A stretch of 64,000 bases of DNA from Coriobacteriales bacterium (lineage in GTDB: Bacteria > Actinomycetota > Coriobacteriia > Coriobacteriales > CADBOM01). Below the pieces are notes generated by a model, which worked only from the letters and a program-made list of their open reading frames with translations, made no database searches and was not told where the DNA came from. The first letter of the stretch is position 1. Each line of letters opens with the position of its first letter. The translations under genes and the position numbers were made by a program. Positions 40,065-48,592 of this stretch are shown in pieces. The stretch spans positions 1,677-65,676 of the forward strand of contig JBMNUM010000010.1 of assembly GCA_050946275.1 (NCBI GenBank). Direction: 5' to 3'.

Positions 40065-40647
40065 GGTGACCTCCTAACTTCGTGTGGTAGCAGCATTATA
40101 CGCTAAGCGCGCACGGGCTTAGTCCCATCTGCGGGTCTTGGTGGAGCCGGCTCCTCTGCGATCGCCGTCGGTCTCCGCTGCAATCTGCGCCGCGGCCACG
40201 CCAGGCTCCGCGGCGACTTTTGTCGCCGCTGCCGCCATCTTCTGCTGCGAACATCGCCGCGATCGCCGCCAGGTTCCACTGCAGGCGTTGCAGCGACTAT
40301 AGCCGTCTTTCGTCGCATGGCTGTCAATGCTCCCATAAACCAAACGTGGGGCCCCACTCTGCACAGTGGGGCCCCTCGTCAGGGGGAAAGAGGGAAAGGA
40401 AGATTTATCCTTCGGTAAGGATAATACAGGGGCTCTAATTATTTGTCAACAAGAATAATTAGGAAGTTTTTCGCCGTCGGCAAATGGAAATCCGCGGCAA
40501 GGGCCGTGTTCCGCCGGATGAAAGCCGCTGTCATTCGCGATGCACATCCGAAGCCATGGAACCCCTTCGCCGGTGCAGTGGTTGCAAGCGGGGGATTCAA
40601 TGCTAGAATGACAACTCGTCGGGAGCCTGCGCGGTTCCAAGACCTCC

Positions 40648-40722
40648 GGGCGATTAGCTCAGCGGGAGAGCGCTGCCTTCACACGGCAGAAGTCACTGGT
40701 TCGATCCCAGTATCGCCCACCA
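40648..40722 (+). tRNA. tRNA-Val (anticodon CAC)
   Basis: GGGCGATTAGCTCAGCGGGAGAGCGCTGCCTTCACACGGCAGAAGTCACTGGTTCGATCCCAGTATCGCCCACCA; 75-nt cloverleaf with encoded CCA. Confidence 0.93.
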
Positions 40723-40840
40723 TCGATTTCACCGGCCGTCCATGTGACGGCCGTTTTCATTTCTGCCCTCTGGCTCGCGGTGTCCCGCGTGTCGTGTGAT
40801 GATTCCCGGAGTGCCTCGCCCCTGGGTGCCGCGCCCTTGG

Positions 40841-40953
40841 CAATTTTGTTCGAAAAAGGGCGTCTCACACGCCCTTTTTCGTGCCGAAATGTCAGAATCG
40901 GGCCTTCTAGACCGAAATCGACGCCCTTTTTCGAACGAAATTGTCAAACCGGG
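40841..40953. repeat. Composite inverted and direct repeats downstream of tRNA-Val
   Basis: A 24-nt inverted repeat, CAATTTTGTTCGAAAAAGGGCGTC (40841-40864) versus GACGCCCTTTTTCGAACGAAATTG (40920-43), with 1 mismatch. Inner perfect hairpin CGAAAAAGGGCGT-ctcac-ACGCCCTTTTTCG. Two direct ~33-nt units at 40869-40902 and 40921-40953. Confidence 0.75.
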
Positions 40954-41136
40954 TCGATGGTCTCCCGGGTATGCGCCGCCCTGCGCCCGGCGGCTGACCT
41001 GCGCCGCACGCTAGGCCGGGCTGGCGACGCCTCGCCCCATGCGCATCGCACCTTTCATCCGGCGGCGGCCGGGCCTTGCGCAGCGTCGCGCGTGGTATGC
41101 TCTTCGGCGTATGTTCACATCTTGTTTGGAGTTGCC

Positions 41137-43263
41137 TTGATCCTGCAGGTCTCAGATCTTTCCAAGTCGTTCGGCGAGGACGAGCTCTTCAGCCGCGTGT
41201 CGTTCATGGTCAACGAGCACGACCGCTTCGCGCTCGTCGGGCCCAACGGCGCGGGCAAGACAACCATGCTCCGGATCCTCGCGGGCCTCGACCGCGCCGA
41301 CGGCGGCACCATCACGCTCGCGAAGGGATCGACTGTCGGCTATATGGAGCAGGAGTCCATCGAGCTCGGAGCCGGCGTCCCCGTCCTCGCCGAGGTGCTC
41401 ACCGCCGTGCAGGACGTCCTGGACATGCAGGCCAAGATGACGCGCCTCGAGGAGGCGATCTCCAGCAGCTCGGACGAGGACGAGCAGGAGGCGCTGCTGT
41501 CCGAATACGCCCGCGTCAGCGAGGCGTTCGAGCGCGGCGACGGATACACGCTCGAGCCCCGCGCCCGCAGCATCCTCATGGGACTCGGCTTCAAGGAGCG
41601 GGACTTCGAGAAGAAGTGCGACGAGTTCTCCGGCGGCTGGCAGATGCGCATCGCGCTCGCCAAGCTCCTCATGCGGCAGGTCGACCTGCTCCTGCTCGAT
41701 GAGCCGACGAACCACCTGGATCTCGAGTCGGTACGCTGGCTCGAGTCGTACCTGCGAACGTATGGCGGCGCCGTCATCTTCGTCAGCCACGACCGCGACT
41801 TCATGGACGGCATGGTCGACCACATCCTCGAGCTCGACGGCACGCGCGCATTCTACACATACACGGGAAACTACACGTCCTACCTGCGCCAGCGCGAGGA
41901 GCGCATCGCGCGCATCGAGGCCGAAGCCGCGGCCCAGGCCGAGGAGATTGCGCGCATGGAGGCCTTCATCGAGAAGTTCCGCTACAAGGCGACGAAGGCC
42001 AAGCAGGTGCAGGACCGCGTCAAGAAGCTCGAGAAGATCGAGCGCATCGTGGTGCCGACGCGCGCCAAGCACATCCGGTTCAGCTTCCCCCAGCCGCCGC
42101 GCAGCGGCAAGCGGGTCATGGCGTTCGAGCACGTCGACAAGGCCTATGGCGATAACGTCGTCTACGATGGCCTCGACTTCGAGCTGTTCCGCGGCGAGAA
42201 GGTCGCGCTCGTCGGCCCCAACGGAGCCGGCAAGTCGACGCTGCTCAAGATGATCGCGGGCGTCGAGGGCATCGACGGCGGCAACCTCGAGGTGGGACAC
42301 AACGTGTCCATCTCGTATTTCGCGCAGCATCAGCTCGAGGACCTCGACGAGCGCAAAACCGTCTTCGAGGAGCTCGATGCCGCGGCGCCGGGCTGGACCA
42401 TCTCGGAGGTCCGCTCGCTGCTCGGCGCGTTCCTGTTCTCGGGTTCCGACGCCGACAAGCGCGTCTCGGTGCTGTCGGGCGGCGAGAAGTGCCGCCTGGC
42501 GCTCGCGAAGATGCTCGTGCGCCCCACGTCGCTGCTGTGCCTGGACGAGCCCACGAACCATCTCGACATCTCGAGCGTCGAGGTGCTCGCGGAGGCGCTC
42601 AAGAACTACGACGGCACGCTCGTGCTCATCAGCCACGACCAGCACCTCATCCGCATGGTCGCCAACCGCATCGTCGAGGTGATCAACGGCGTGCCGTTCT
42701 CCTTCGATGGCGACTACGACTTCTACCTGTCGAAGGTGGCTCCCGAGGAGCTACGCGACCAGGGCGGGACGGCGCATGGCGCGTTCAGCTCGCGGGATGC
42801 GGTGGACGGGTCCACCGGCAAGGGGCGGGCTGACGCAGTGGAGTCCGGTGCCGGGCAAGGCGAGGCGCGCGAACGCTCCGGCCGCGAGCCGCGCAGGCGC
42901 CATCTGGCGCAGGAGGCCTCGCAGCCCGGCGCGGCCGCAGCGGCATCCGGCGGATCGTCGGGCGGTTACCGCACCAAGGAGCAGAAGCGCGCGGAGGCCG
43001 AGGCGCGCAACAGGCGCTCGAAGCTGATTCGCGAGGACAGCAAGCGCATCGCCGCCATCGATGCCGAGCTCGAGAAGCTGAGCGCCCGCAAGGAGGAGCT
43101 CGTGGCGCTCATGGGCGATGAGAGCCTGTATGCCGACGAGCAGCGCTCCAAGGAGGTCTCGTTCGAATACAATGACGTTATGCGGGCGATAAGCGACCTC
43201 GAGAACGAGTGGATGGAGGTCTCCGAGCGCATCGAGTACAAGCTCTCGACGCTCGAGGATTAA
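41137..43263 (+). CDS. ABC-F family ATPase (translation-factor type) with a coiled-coil C-terminal extension
   Basis: TTG start 6 nt after GGAG. Two ABC cassettes ([17 protein letters not shown] and [17 protein letters not shown]). No TM domain. The upstream ORF extension through the tRNA-flank repeats was rejected. Confidence 0.88.
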   Translation: MILQVSDLSKSFGEDELFSRVSFMVNEHDRFALVGPNGAGKTTMLRILAGLDRADGGTITLAKGSTVGYMEQESIELGAGVPVLAEVLTAVQDVLDMQAKMTRLEEAISSSSDEDEQEALLSEYARVSEAFERGDGYTLEPRARSILMGLGFKERDFEKKCDEFSGGWQMRIALAKLLMRQVDLLLLDEPTNHLDLESVRWLESYLRTYGGAVIFVSHDRDFMDGMVDHILELDGTRAFYTYTGNYTSYLRQREERIARIEAEAAAQAEEIARMEAFIEKFRYKATKAKQVQDRVKKLEKIERIVVPTRAKHIRFSFPQPPRSGKRVMAFEHVDKAYGDNVVYDGLDFELFRGEKVALVGPNGAGKSTLLKMIAGVEGIDGGNLEVGHNVSISYFAQHQLEDLDERKTVFEELDAAAPGWTISEVRSLLGAFLFSGSDADKRVSVLSGGEKCRLALAKMLVRPTSLLCLDEPTNHLDISSVEVLAEALKNYDGTLVLISHDQHLIRMVANRIVEVINGVPFSFDGDYDFYLSKVAPEELRDQGGTAHGAFSSRDAVDGSTGKGRADAVESGAGQGEARERSGREPRRRHLAQEASQPGAAAAASGGSSGGYRTKEQKRAEAEARNRRSKLIREDSKRIAAIDAELEKLSARKEELVALMGDESLYADEQRSKEVSFEYNDVMRAISDLENEWMEVSERIEYKLSTLED

Positions 43264-43371
43264 CCAGTCGCGCGGAATCGGGCCGCGCCGAGCTGGTGAC
43301 GCATGTGACGACGACGGTGGCCGCCGACGTCACATGGAGGGGTCGCACGGCTGCGTCCGCGGCACGACGAT

Positions 43372-44046
43372 TTGGAGGAACGAGTTTTGTCTGGCCTTTC
43401 CATATGGACGCTCATAAGCATCCTGTGCTTCATCCCGGCCATCGTGGTCCACGAGTGCGCGCACGGCTTCGTCGCGCACAGGCTCGGCGACCCCACGGCG
43501 GCACGGGCCGGACGCCTCACGCTCAATCCCCTCAAGCACATCGACCCCTTTGGCACGGTGATCCTGCCGCTCGTTCTCGCCGTGACGGGCCTGCCGGTCT
43601 TCGGCTACGCGAAGCCCGTGCCCTACAACCCCACGTATTTCAAGAACATCCGCGTCGGCGAGCTGCTCACGGGCCTCGCCGGGCCGATCTCGAACTTCAT
43701 CATGGCGCTCATCGGCGCGGTCGTCGGGTTCGTGTTCTTCAAGACGGGCTCGGGCGATGTCGCCTATTGGGGCCTCAACATCGCGTTCTACTTCTCGCTC
43801 ATCAACCTGTTCCTGATGTTCTTCAACCTCATCCCGATCCCGCCGCTCGACGGCTCGTGCATCATCGCGTTCTTCCTGAGCGACAACGGGCTCAGGAAGT
43901 ACTACTCCATCCAGCAATACGCCATGCCGGTGCTGCTGGTCGTGCTGATCGTGGTGCCCTACATCACGCAGGTCAACCCCATCAGCATCTACCTCAACCA
44001 CACGGCGTACGCGCTCGGGCAGCTCCTGTTCGGGTTCGCGATGTAG
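43372..44046 (+). CDS. Site-2 protease family (M50) membrane metalloprotease
   Basis: HECAHG (HExxH in a TM segment) and NLIPIPPLDGS motifs. TTG start. Confidence 0.8.
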   Translation: MEERVLSGLSIWTLISILCFIPAIVVHECAHGFVAHRLGDPTAARAGRLTLNPLKHIDPFGTVILPLVLAVTGLPVFGYAKPVPYNPTYFKNIRVGELLTGLAGPISNFIMALIGAVVGFVFFKTGSGDVAYWGLNIAFYFSLINLFLMFFNLIPIPPLDGSCIIAFFLSDNGLRKYYSIQQYAMPVLLVVLIVVPYITQVNPISIYLNHTAYALGQLLFGFAM

Positions 44047-44056
44047 GGGAGGGGCG

Positions 44057-44923
44057 ATGTCGTACCGGGTCAAGATAGAGTCGTTCGAGGGGCCGTTCGA
44101 GCTGCTGCTGTCGCTGGTGACGCAGCAGAAGGTCAAGATCGGCTCCATCTCCGTCTCCGAGATCGCCGACCAGTACATGGACCACGTGCGCGAGATGGAG
44201 CGGTTCGACATGGACGTCGCGAGCGAGTTCCTCGTCGTGGCGTCGACGCTGCTGAACATGAAGGCGCAGGCGCTGCTGCCGCTCGCACCCGTCAAGAAGC
44301 GTCCCGGCGACGAGGACGAGGAGGAGACGGGAGCGCTTACGCTCGTCGAGACGGCGAACCTGCTCGCGGCGCGCATCCTCACGTATTACCAGTACAAGCG
44401 CGTCGCGGCGATGCTCGGCACGCGCATGCAGAGCGAGTCGATGATGCATCCGCGCACCGCCGGCCCCGACGCGGAGTTCCTGGGCAGGCTGCCGGATTAT
44501 CTGGAGAACGTCTCGCTCGAGGGGCTCGGCCTCGTGTGCGCGACGCTCATGGCGCGCCGCGAGACGTTCCTGCTCGATGCGGAGCACATCGCGGCCAAGC
44601 CGATCGCCGTCGAGACGTACGTGACGTCGATCTGCGACAAGCTGGCGCGTCTCCAGGGCGAGCGGAAGATGCAGTTCTCGGAGCTGGTCGCGGATGCGCA
44701 GGGCGCGCCGGAGATCGTGGTGTCGTTCCTCGCCATCCTCGAGATGTACAAGCGCGGCATGATCGACCTGCACCAGTCCGAGCCGGGGCAACCCATCGAT
44801 GTGATCTACAACGACCCGTCCCGGTGGAGCGAGCTTGCGCTCCACGAGGAGGGCGACGGCGTCGAGGAAGCGGGGCGTTCCCCGGAGGAGCGTTCCAACG
44901 ACACGGAGGAGCAACATGACTGA
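44057..44923 (+). CDS. scpA: Segregation and condensation protein A
   Basis: FEGPFELLLSLV N-terminal motif and FLAILEMYK C-terminal winged helix. The acidic tail runs through a REP-like unit. Confidence 0.88.
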   Translation: MSYRVKIESFEGPFELLLSLVTQQKVKIGSISVSEIADQYMDHVREMERFDMDVASEFLVVASTLLNMKAQALLPLAPVKKRPGDEDEEETGALTLVETANLLAARILTYYQYKRVAAMLGTRMQSESMMHPRTAGPDAEFLGRLPDYLENVSLEGLGLVCATLMARRETFLLDAEHIAAKPIAVETYVTSICDKLARLQGERKMQFSELVADAQGAPEIVVSFLAILEMYKRGMIDLHQSEPGQPIDVIYNDPSRWSELALHEEGDGVEEAGRSPEERSNDTEEQHD

Positions 44924-45698
44924 CGACGTGCGCGATGAGGCCGTGAACGAGGAGGCCGTGGTCGTCGACGAGACGGCCGAGCCCGAGGAGAACGAGCCCG
45001 CGACGGCCGAATCCGTCGCCGTGGATGAGGATGTTCCCGAAGCCGACCCCCTGCTGACCTCGCGGCGCGGGGCCATCGAGGCGATGCTCTTCGTCTCGAG
45101 CGAGCCGGTCGCCGCGGCGAAGCTCGCCGAGATGATCGACGCGACGATCGGGGAGGTCGACGCCATCCTGTGCGATCTCGCCCGCGAGTACGAGGAAGGC
45201 GAGCGCGGCATCCAGCTGCGCGAGGTGGCCGGCGGATGGCGCCTGTACACGCACCCGGCCCATCACGACCTCGTGGAGCGCTACGTGCTCTCGTGGGACA
45301 CGCAGAAGCTGTCGCAGGCCGCGCTCGAGACGCTCGCCGTCATCGCGTACAACCAGCCGGCGACGCGCGCGATGGTCGCGTCGATCCGCGGCGTGAACTC
45401 GGATGCCGTCATCTCGTCGCTCGTGGAGAAGGGCCTCGTGCGCGAGGCCGGGCGTGACACGACGATCGGCCAGCCGATCCTCTACGCCACGACCCGCACG
45501 TTCCTCGAGAAGTTCGGCCTGCGCACCGTGCGCGACCTGCCGCCGCTGGAGGACTTCGCGGCCAACGAGGAGACGAGGCGCCTCATCGTCGAGCGCCTGT
45601 CCGTGAACGCGTCGGAGAGCGTCTTCGCCGACGAGGACGATGCGGCGGAGGACGAGGATGACCTCATCTTCGAGATGGCCGACGAGGACGACGAGTAG
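44916..45698 (+). CDS. scpB: Segregation and condensation protein B
   Basis: ATG overlaps the scpA stop. IEAMLFVSSEPV and the LETLAVIAYNQP...RGV pattern. Confidence 0.88.
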   Translation: MTDDVRDEAVNEEAVVVDETAEPEENEPATAESVAVDEDVPEADPLLTSRRGAIEAMLFVSSEPVAAAKLAEMIDATIGEVDAILCDLAREYEEGERGIQLREVAGGWRLYTHPAHHDLVERYVLSWDTQKLSQAALETLAVIAYNQPATRAMVASIRGVNSDAVISSLVEKGLVREAGRDTTIGQPILYATTRTFLEKFGLRTVRDLPPLEDFAANEETRRLIVERLSVNASESVFADEDDAAEDEDDLIFEMADEDDE

Positions 45699-45706
45699 CG
45701 ACGAGA

Positions 45707-45737
45707 CGAACCGAAGGGCTGTCCTTCGGCCCATTCG
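45707..45737. repeat. REP-like palindrome family 2 (reverse orientation)
   Basis: The reverse complement CGAATGGGCCGAAGGACAGCCCTTCGGTTCG aligns with the 49934 and 27581 copies. Confidence 0.65.
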
Positions 45738-45751
45738 ATGGGAGAAGCAAG

Positions 45752-46501
45752 ATGACCGATGACGCGCGGCGCGATCCGCACGATTACCCGATGCGCCTGC
45801 AGAAGTTCCTGGCGCGCGCTGGCGTTGCCTCGAGGCGCGGTTCCGAGAACCTCATGACCGCCGGGCGCGTCACCGTCAACGGCGCGGTCGTGACGGAGCT
45901 CGGCGCGAAGGTCGACCCGCTGGTGGACAAGGTCGCCGTCGACGGCATCGAGGTGGTCTGGGGCTCGAAGCCCGTCGTCATCCTGCTCAACAAGCCGGCT
46001 GGCTACGTCTCCACGATGAGCGACCCGCACGCCCGCCACACGGTGGCCGAGCTCGTGCCCGTCAAGGAGTATCCGGGCCTGTTCCCTATCGGCCGGCTCG
46101 ACATGGACACGACCGGCGTGCTGCTCTTCACCACCGATGGCGAGCTGGGCCATCAGCTGCTCGGCCCCAGGCACAAGGTGCCGAAGGTCTACGAGGCCCG
46201 CGTCGTCGGCAGGCTGACGGCGGGAGACGCGCGGCGGCTCGAACAGGGCATCGAGCTCGAGGACGGCCCGACGCTGCCCGCGAGGGTGCAGCTGCTCGCG
46301 AGCGGCCCGTGGGATGTGCGCATGACGCTCACGGAGGGCCGCAAGCGCCAGGTCAAGCGCATGCTCGAGGCGGTGGGTCATCCCGTGAAGAAGCTGCATC
46401 GCAGGGCGTTCGGCCCGATCACGCTCGCCGGTCTGCCCGAGGGCAGCTGGCGCGAGCTGAACGCCGACGAGGAGCAGGCGCTGCGCGACGCCATCCAGTA
46501 G
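45752..46501 (+). CDS. rluB: RsuA/RluB-family rRNA pseudouridine synthase
   Basis: S4 domain (MRLQKFLARAGVASRR) and the catalytic GRLDMDTTGVLL motif. Confidence 0.9.
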   Translation: MTDDARRDPHDYPMRLQKFLARAGVASRRGSENLMTAGRVTVNGAVVTELGAKVDPLVDKVAVDGIEVVWGSKPVVILLNKPAGYVSTMSDPHARHTVAELVPVKEYPGLFPIGRLDMDTTGVLLFTTDGELGHQLLGPRHKVPKVYEARVVGRLTAGDARRLEQGIELEDGPTLPARVQLLASGPWDVRMTLTEGRKRQVKRMLEAVGHPVKKLHRRAFGPITLAGLPEGSWRELNADEEQALRDAIQ

Positions 46502-46530
46502 GGGATGCGGCATCCCACGTCGCCGATGCG

Positions 46531-47267
46531 CTTCCGTGCAGTGCGAATGCCAGCGCCGGTTTGACGGGATCCGGAGACCTCGTCTCCCAGAATGCGGGGT
46601 TGTCGAAAACCGGGCCCGCCTTGCGAGGAAAACGCCCTGCAAGCCGGCCCGCCCGCAAGGAAAACGCCCTCCCGTGCCCCAGAATGCGGGGTTGTCGAAA
46701 ACTGGGCCCGCCTTGCAAGGAAAACGCCTCTCCGTGTTCCAAAATGCGGGGATGTCGAAAGCAATCTACTCCGGGTATTTCGACAAACCCGCGTTTTGGG
46801 ACAAGATTTTTCGACAACCCCGCATTTCCGGACAATCTGGAGAAGTCCGACTTTGACAACCCCGCAATTTGGGACAGGCGGGCTGCGAAAACGTGCGCGG
46901 GCGCTCCGTTTTTCGACAACCCCGCAATTCGGGACAGCGCCATGTGTGCTGTCGCGGTGGGCCCGGGTTCCCGGACCTCACCGGCGGTTCGCGGCCGCGT
47001 GCCACGTGGTCGGGCCCGCCGCATGTGGGGTTTGCTGACCGTGTTTGAGGCAGCGGCAATCAGCAAACCCGCATTTTGAGCTCCCATGTGGGGTTTGCTG
47101 ACCGCATTTGAGGCGGCGCTAATCAGCAAACCCGCATTTCGACCCGTGATGTGGGGTTTGCTGACCGCTCCCGCGGCAGCGGCAATCAGCAAACCCCCCA
47201 CATCTCCGCTAATCCGGAGGCCCGTGCTCCTATGCCATGCTTCTTCGTGGAGCTGCCCTGCTCCAAT
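46531..47267. repeat. Non-coding repeat island bracketed by a perfect 20-bp direct repeat
   Basis: CATCCCACGTCGCCGATGCG occurs at 46511-46530 and at 47268-47287. The interior holds 3 forward and 4 reverse copies of a TTTCGACAACCCCGCATT-type core, plus 3 tandem ~62-bp hairpin units. No convincing CDS. Confidence 0.8.
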
Positions 47268-47325
47268 CATCCCACGTCGCCGATGCGACCCGCCCTTTAC
47301 CGGCGCATCTGCTACCATTGATGCC

Positions 47326-48579
47326 ATGGATACTTCTGGCCCACAAAGCGACCAAAACAGCGGCCCCCGATTGCCCGGCTGCCCCTTCGAGTGCATCCTC
47401 ATCTACGGGATGGGCCTGATCGGCGGCTCGTGCGCGCGGGCGCTCGCCGCACTCGATCCGCGACCCCATGTCCTCGGCGTCGATGCAGATGGCGTCACGC
47501 TGCGCATGGCCCTCGACGAGGGCATCGTCGAGCAGGGCCTCGAGCCTGACGACCCCTCGCTTCCCGAGCTTCTCGGCGGAGGCGGCATCGACCTCGTCAT
47601 CCTCGCCGCGCCCATATCGTGCGCCCGCGATGCGCTCGCGCTCATCGCGGCAAGCGGCTACCGCGGTCTCGTCACCGACACGGCTTCCACGAAGGCCGGC
47701 ATCTGCGCGATTGCGGACGAGGTGCTGCCCGATCCCTCCCGCTTCATCCCGGGCCATCCCATGGCCGGCCGCGAGGTGGGCGGTCTCGATGCGGCGGACC
47801 CGGGGCTCTTCGAGGGCAAGCACTGGGTGCTGTGCCCGGATGAGCGCACGGACGGCGACGATTTCGCCCGCCTGCACGCGCTCATCACCGCGCTCGGCGC
47901 CCGCAGCATCTCGCTGCCCCGCGCCGCGCACGACGAGATGGTCGCCATCGTGAGCCACATCCCGCATATGACCGCGGCCGCGCTCGTGGAGCTAGCGGCC
48001 CGTCACGCGGGTGCCGACGGCGAGCTGTGGCGCGTCGTCGGAAGCGGATTCCGCGACACGACGCGCGTCGCCGCGGGCTCGCCCGACCTGTGGACGGGCA
48101 TCGCCTTGGACAACCGCGCCGCCATCGCCCACGGCCTCGCCGAGCTCGGCGAGATTCTCGCGGGCTTCGGCGCCGCGATAGCGCGGGCGGATTCGGACGA
48201 TCTCCACGCCCGGCTCGCCGACAGCGCGAGGGAGCGGAGGCGCATCCCGGCCGCCTGGGTGCCCAAGTCGGAGCATCTCGTGGTCGTCCGGGTCCAGATG
48301 GAGAACAAGGTGGGCATCATCGCCGAGGTTACCGCTCTCGCGGGAAGGCTCGGCTGCAATATCCAATCGATCGAGATCGACCATATCGACGCAGGCCGCG
48401 CGGTGCTCGAGCTCGTCCTGACCGACGAGGGTGATATCCCCGCGTTGCTCGGCGAGCTGGATGCCGGCGGGTTCGATGCGGTGCTGGAACGGGTTGGCGG
48501 CGGAGACGCGTGCGCGCGTCTGATCGAGACCGCGCAACCGGCCGCCCACGCCGCGGATGGAGAGGGGGAGGGCGCCTAG
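47326..48579 (+). CDS. tyrA: Prephenate dehydrogenase with a C-terminal ACT domain
   Basis: IYGMGLIGGS Rossmann motif, HPMAG, and an ACT-like C-terminus (VGIIAEVTALAGRLGCNI). The start is uncertain (ATG 47326); the upstream ORF extension lies in the repeats. Confidence 0.85.
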   Translation: MDTSGPQSDQNSGPRLPGCPFECILIYGMGLIGGSCARALAALDPRPHVLGVDADGVTLRMALDEGIVEQGLEPDDPSLPELLGGGGIDLVILAAPISCARDALALIAASGYRGLVTDTASTKAGICAIADEVLPDPSRFIPGHPMAGREVGGLDAADPGLFEGKHWVLCPDERTDGDDFARLHALITALGARSISLPRAAHDEMVAIVSHIPHMTAAALVELAARHAGADGELWRVVGSGFRDTTRVAAGSPDLWTGIALDNRAAIAHGLAELGEILAGFGAAIARADSDDLHARLADSARERRRIPAAWVPKSEHLVVVRVQMENKVGIIAEVTALAGRLGCNIQSIEIDHIDAGRAVLELVLTDEGDIPALLGELDAGGFDAVLERVGGGDACARLIETAQPAAHAADGEGEGA

Positions 48580-48592
48580 GCGCCGACCGAAC

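Noticed and set aside
40103-40364. 81-84-aa minus-strand ORFs, and the 72-aa plus-strand ORF at 40220-40438.
   Set aside because: They overlap one another in different frames, are Arg/Ala-rich, lack SD sequences and carry no motif. The region is treated as non-coding.
40405-40424. TTATCC-containing palindrome as DnaA boxes or a replication origin.
   Set aside because: There are only two imperfect half-boxes (TTATCCTT, not TTATCCACA). There is no cluster, no adjacent dnaA/dnaN, no extended AT-rich unwinding element, and no change in gene-strand bias in the window.
40744-41136. Upstream extension of the ABC-F ORF (raw ORF starts at 40744, 22 nt after tRNA-Val).
   Set aside because: It runs through the tRNA-flank repeat structure and has non-protein-like composition. 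A TTG with a GGAG SD at 41137 lies directly before the conserved ABC N-terminus ([11 protein letters not shown]).
46586-46935. Possible CRISPR array in the rluB-tyrA repeat island.
   Set aside because: The repeats occur in both orientations, are imperfect, and are irregularly spaced (92, 60, about 37, 30, 43 and 60 bp). No cas genes or leader are present. It is treated instead as a palindromic repeat island.
47025-47078. The 18-codon mini-ORF MWGLLTVFEAAAISKPAF (repeated in the next two units) as a real peptide or RiPP precursor gene.
   Set aside because: No Shine-Dalgarno precedes any copy, and conservation is explained by the hairpin arms. Units 2 and 3 lack their own stops. It is kept only as a low-probability note within the finding, not called as a CDS.
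47086-47325. Upstream extension of the tyrA ORF (raw ORF starts at 47086).
   Set aside because: The extension is translated repeat sequence (units B2 and B3). The Rossmann motif starts shortly after ATG 47326.
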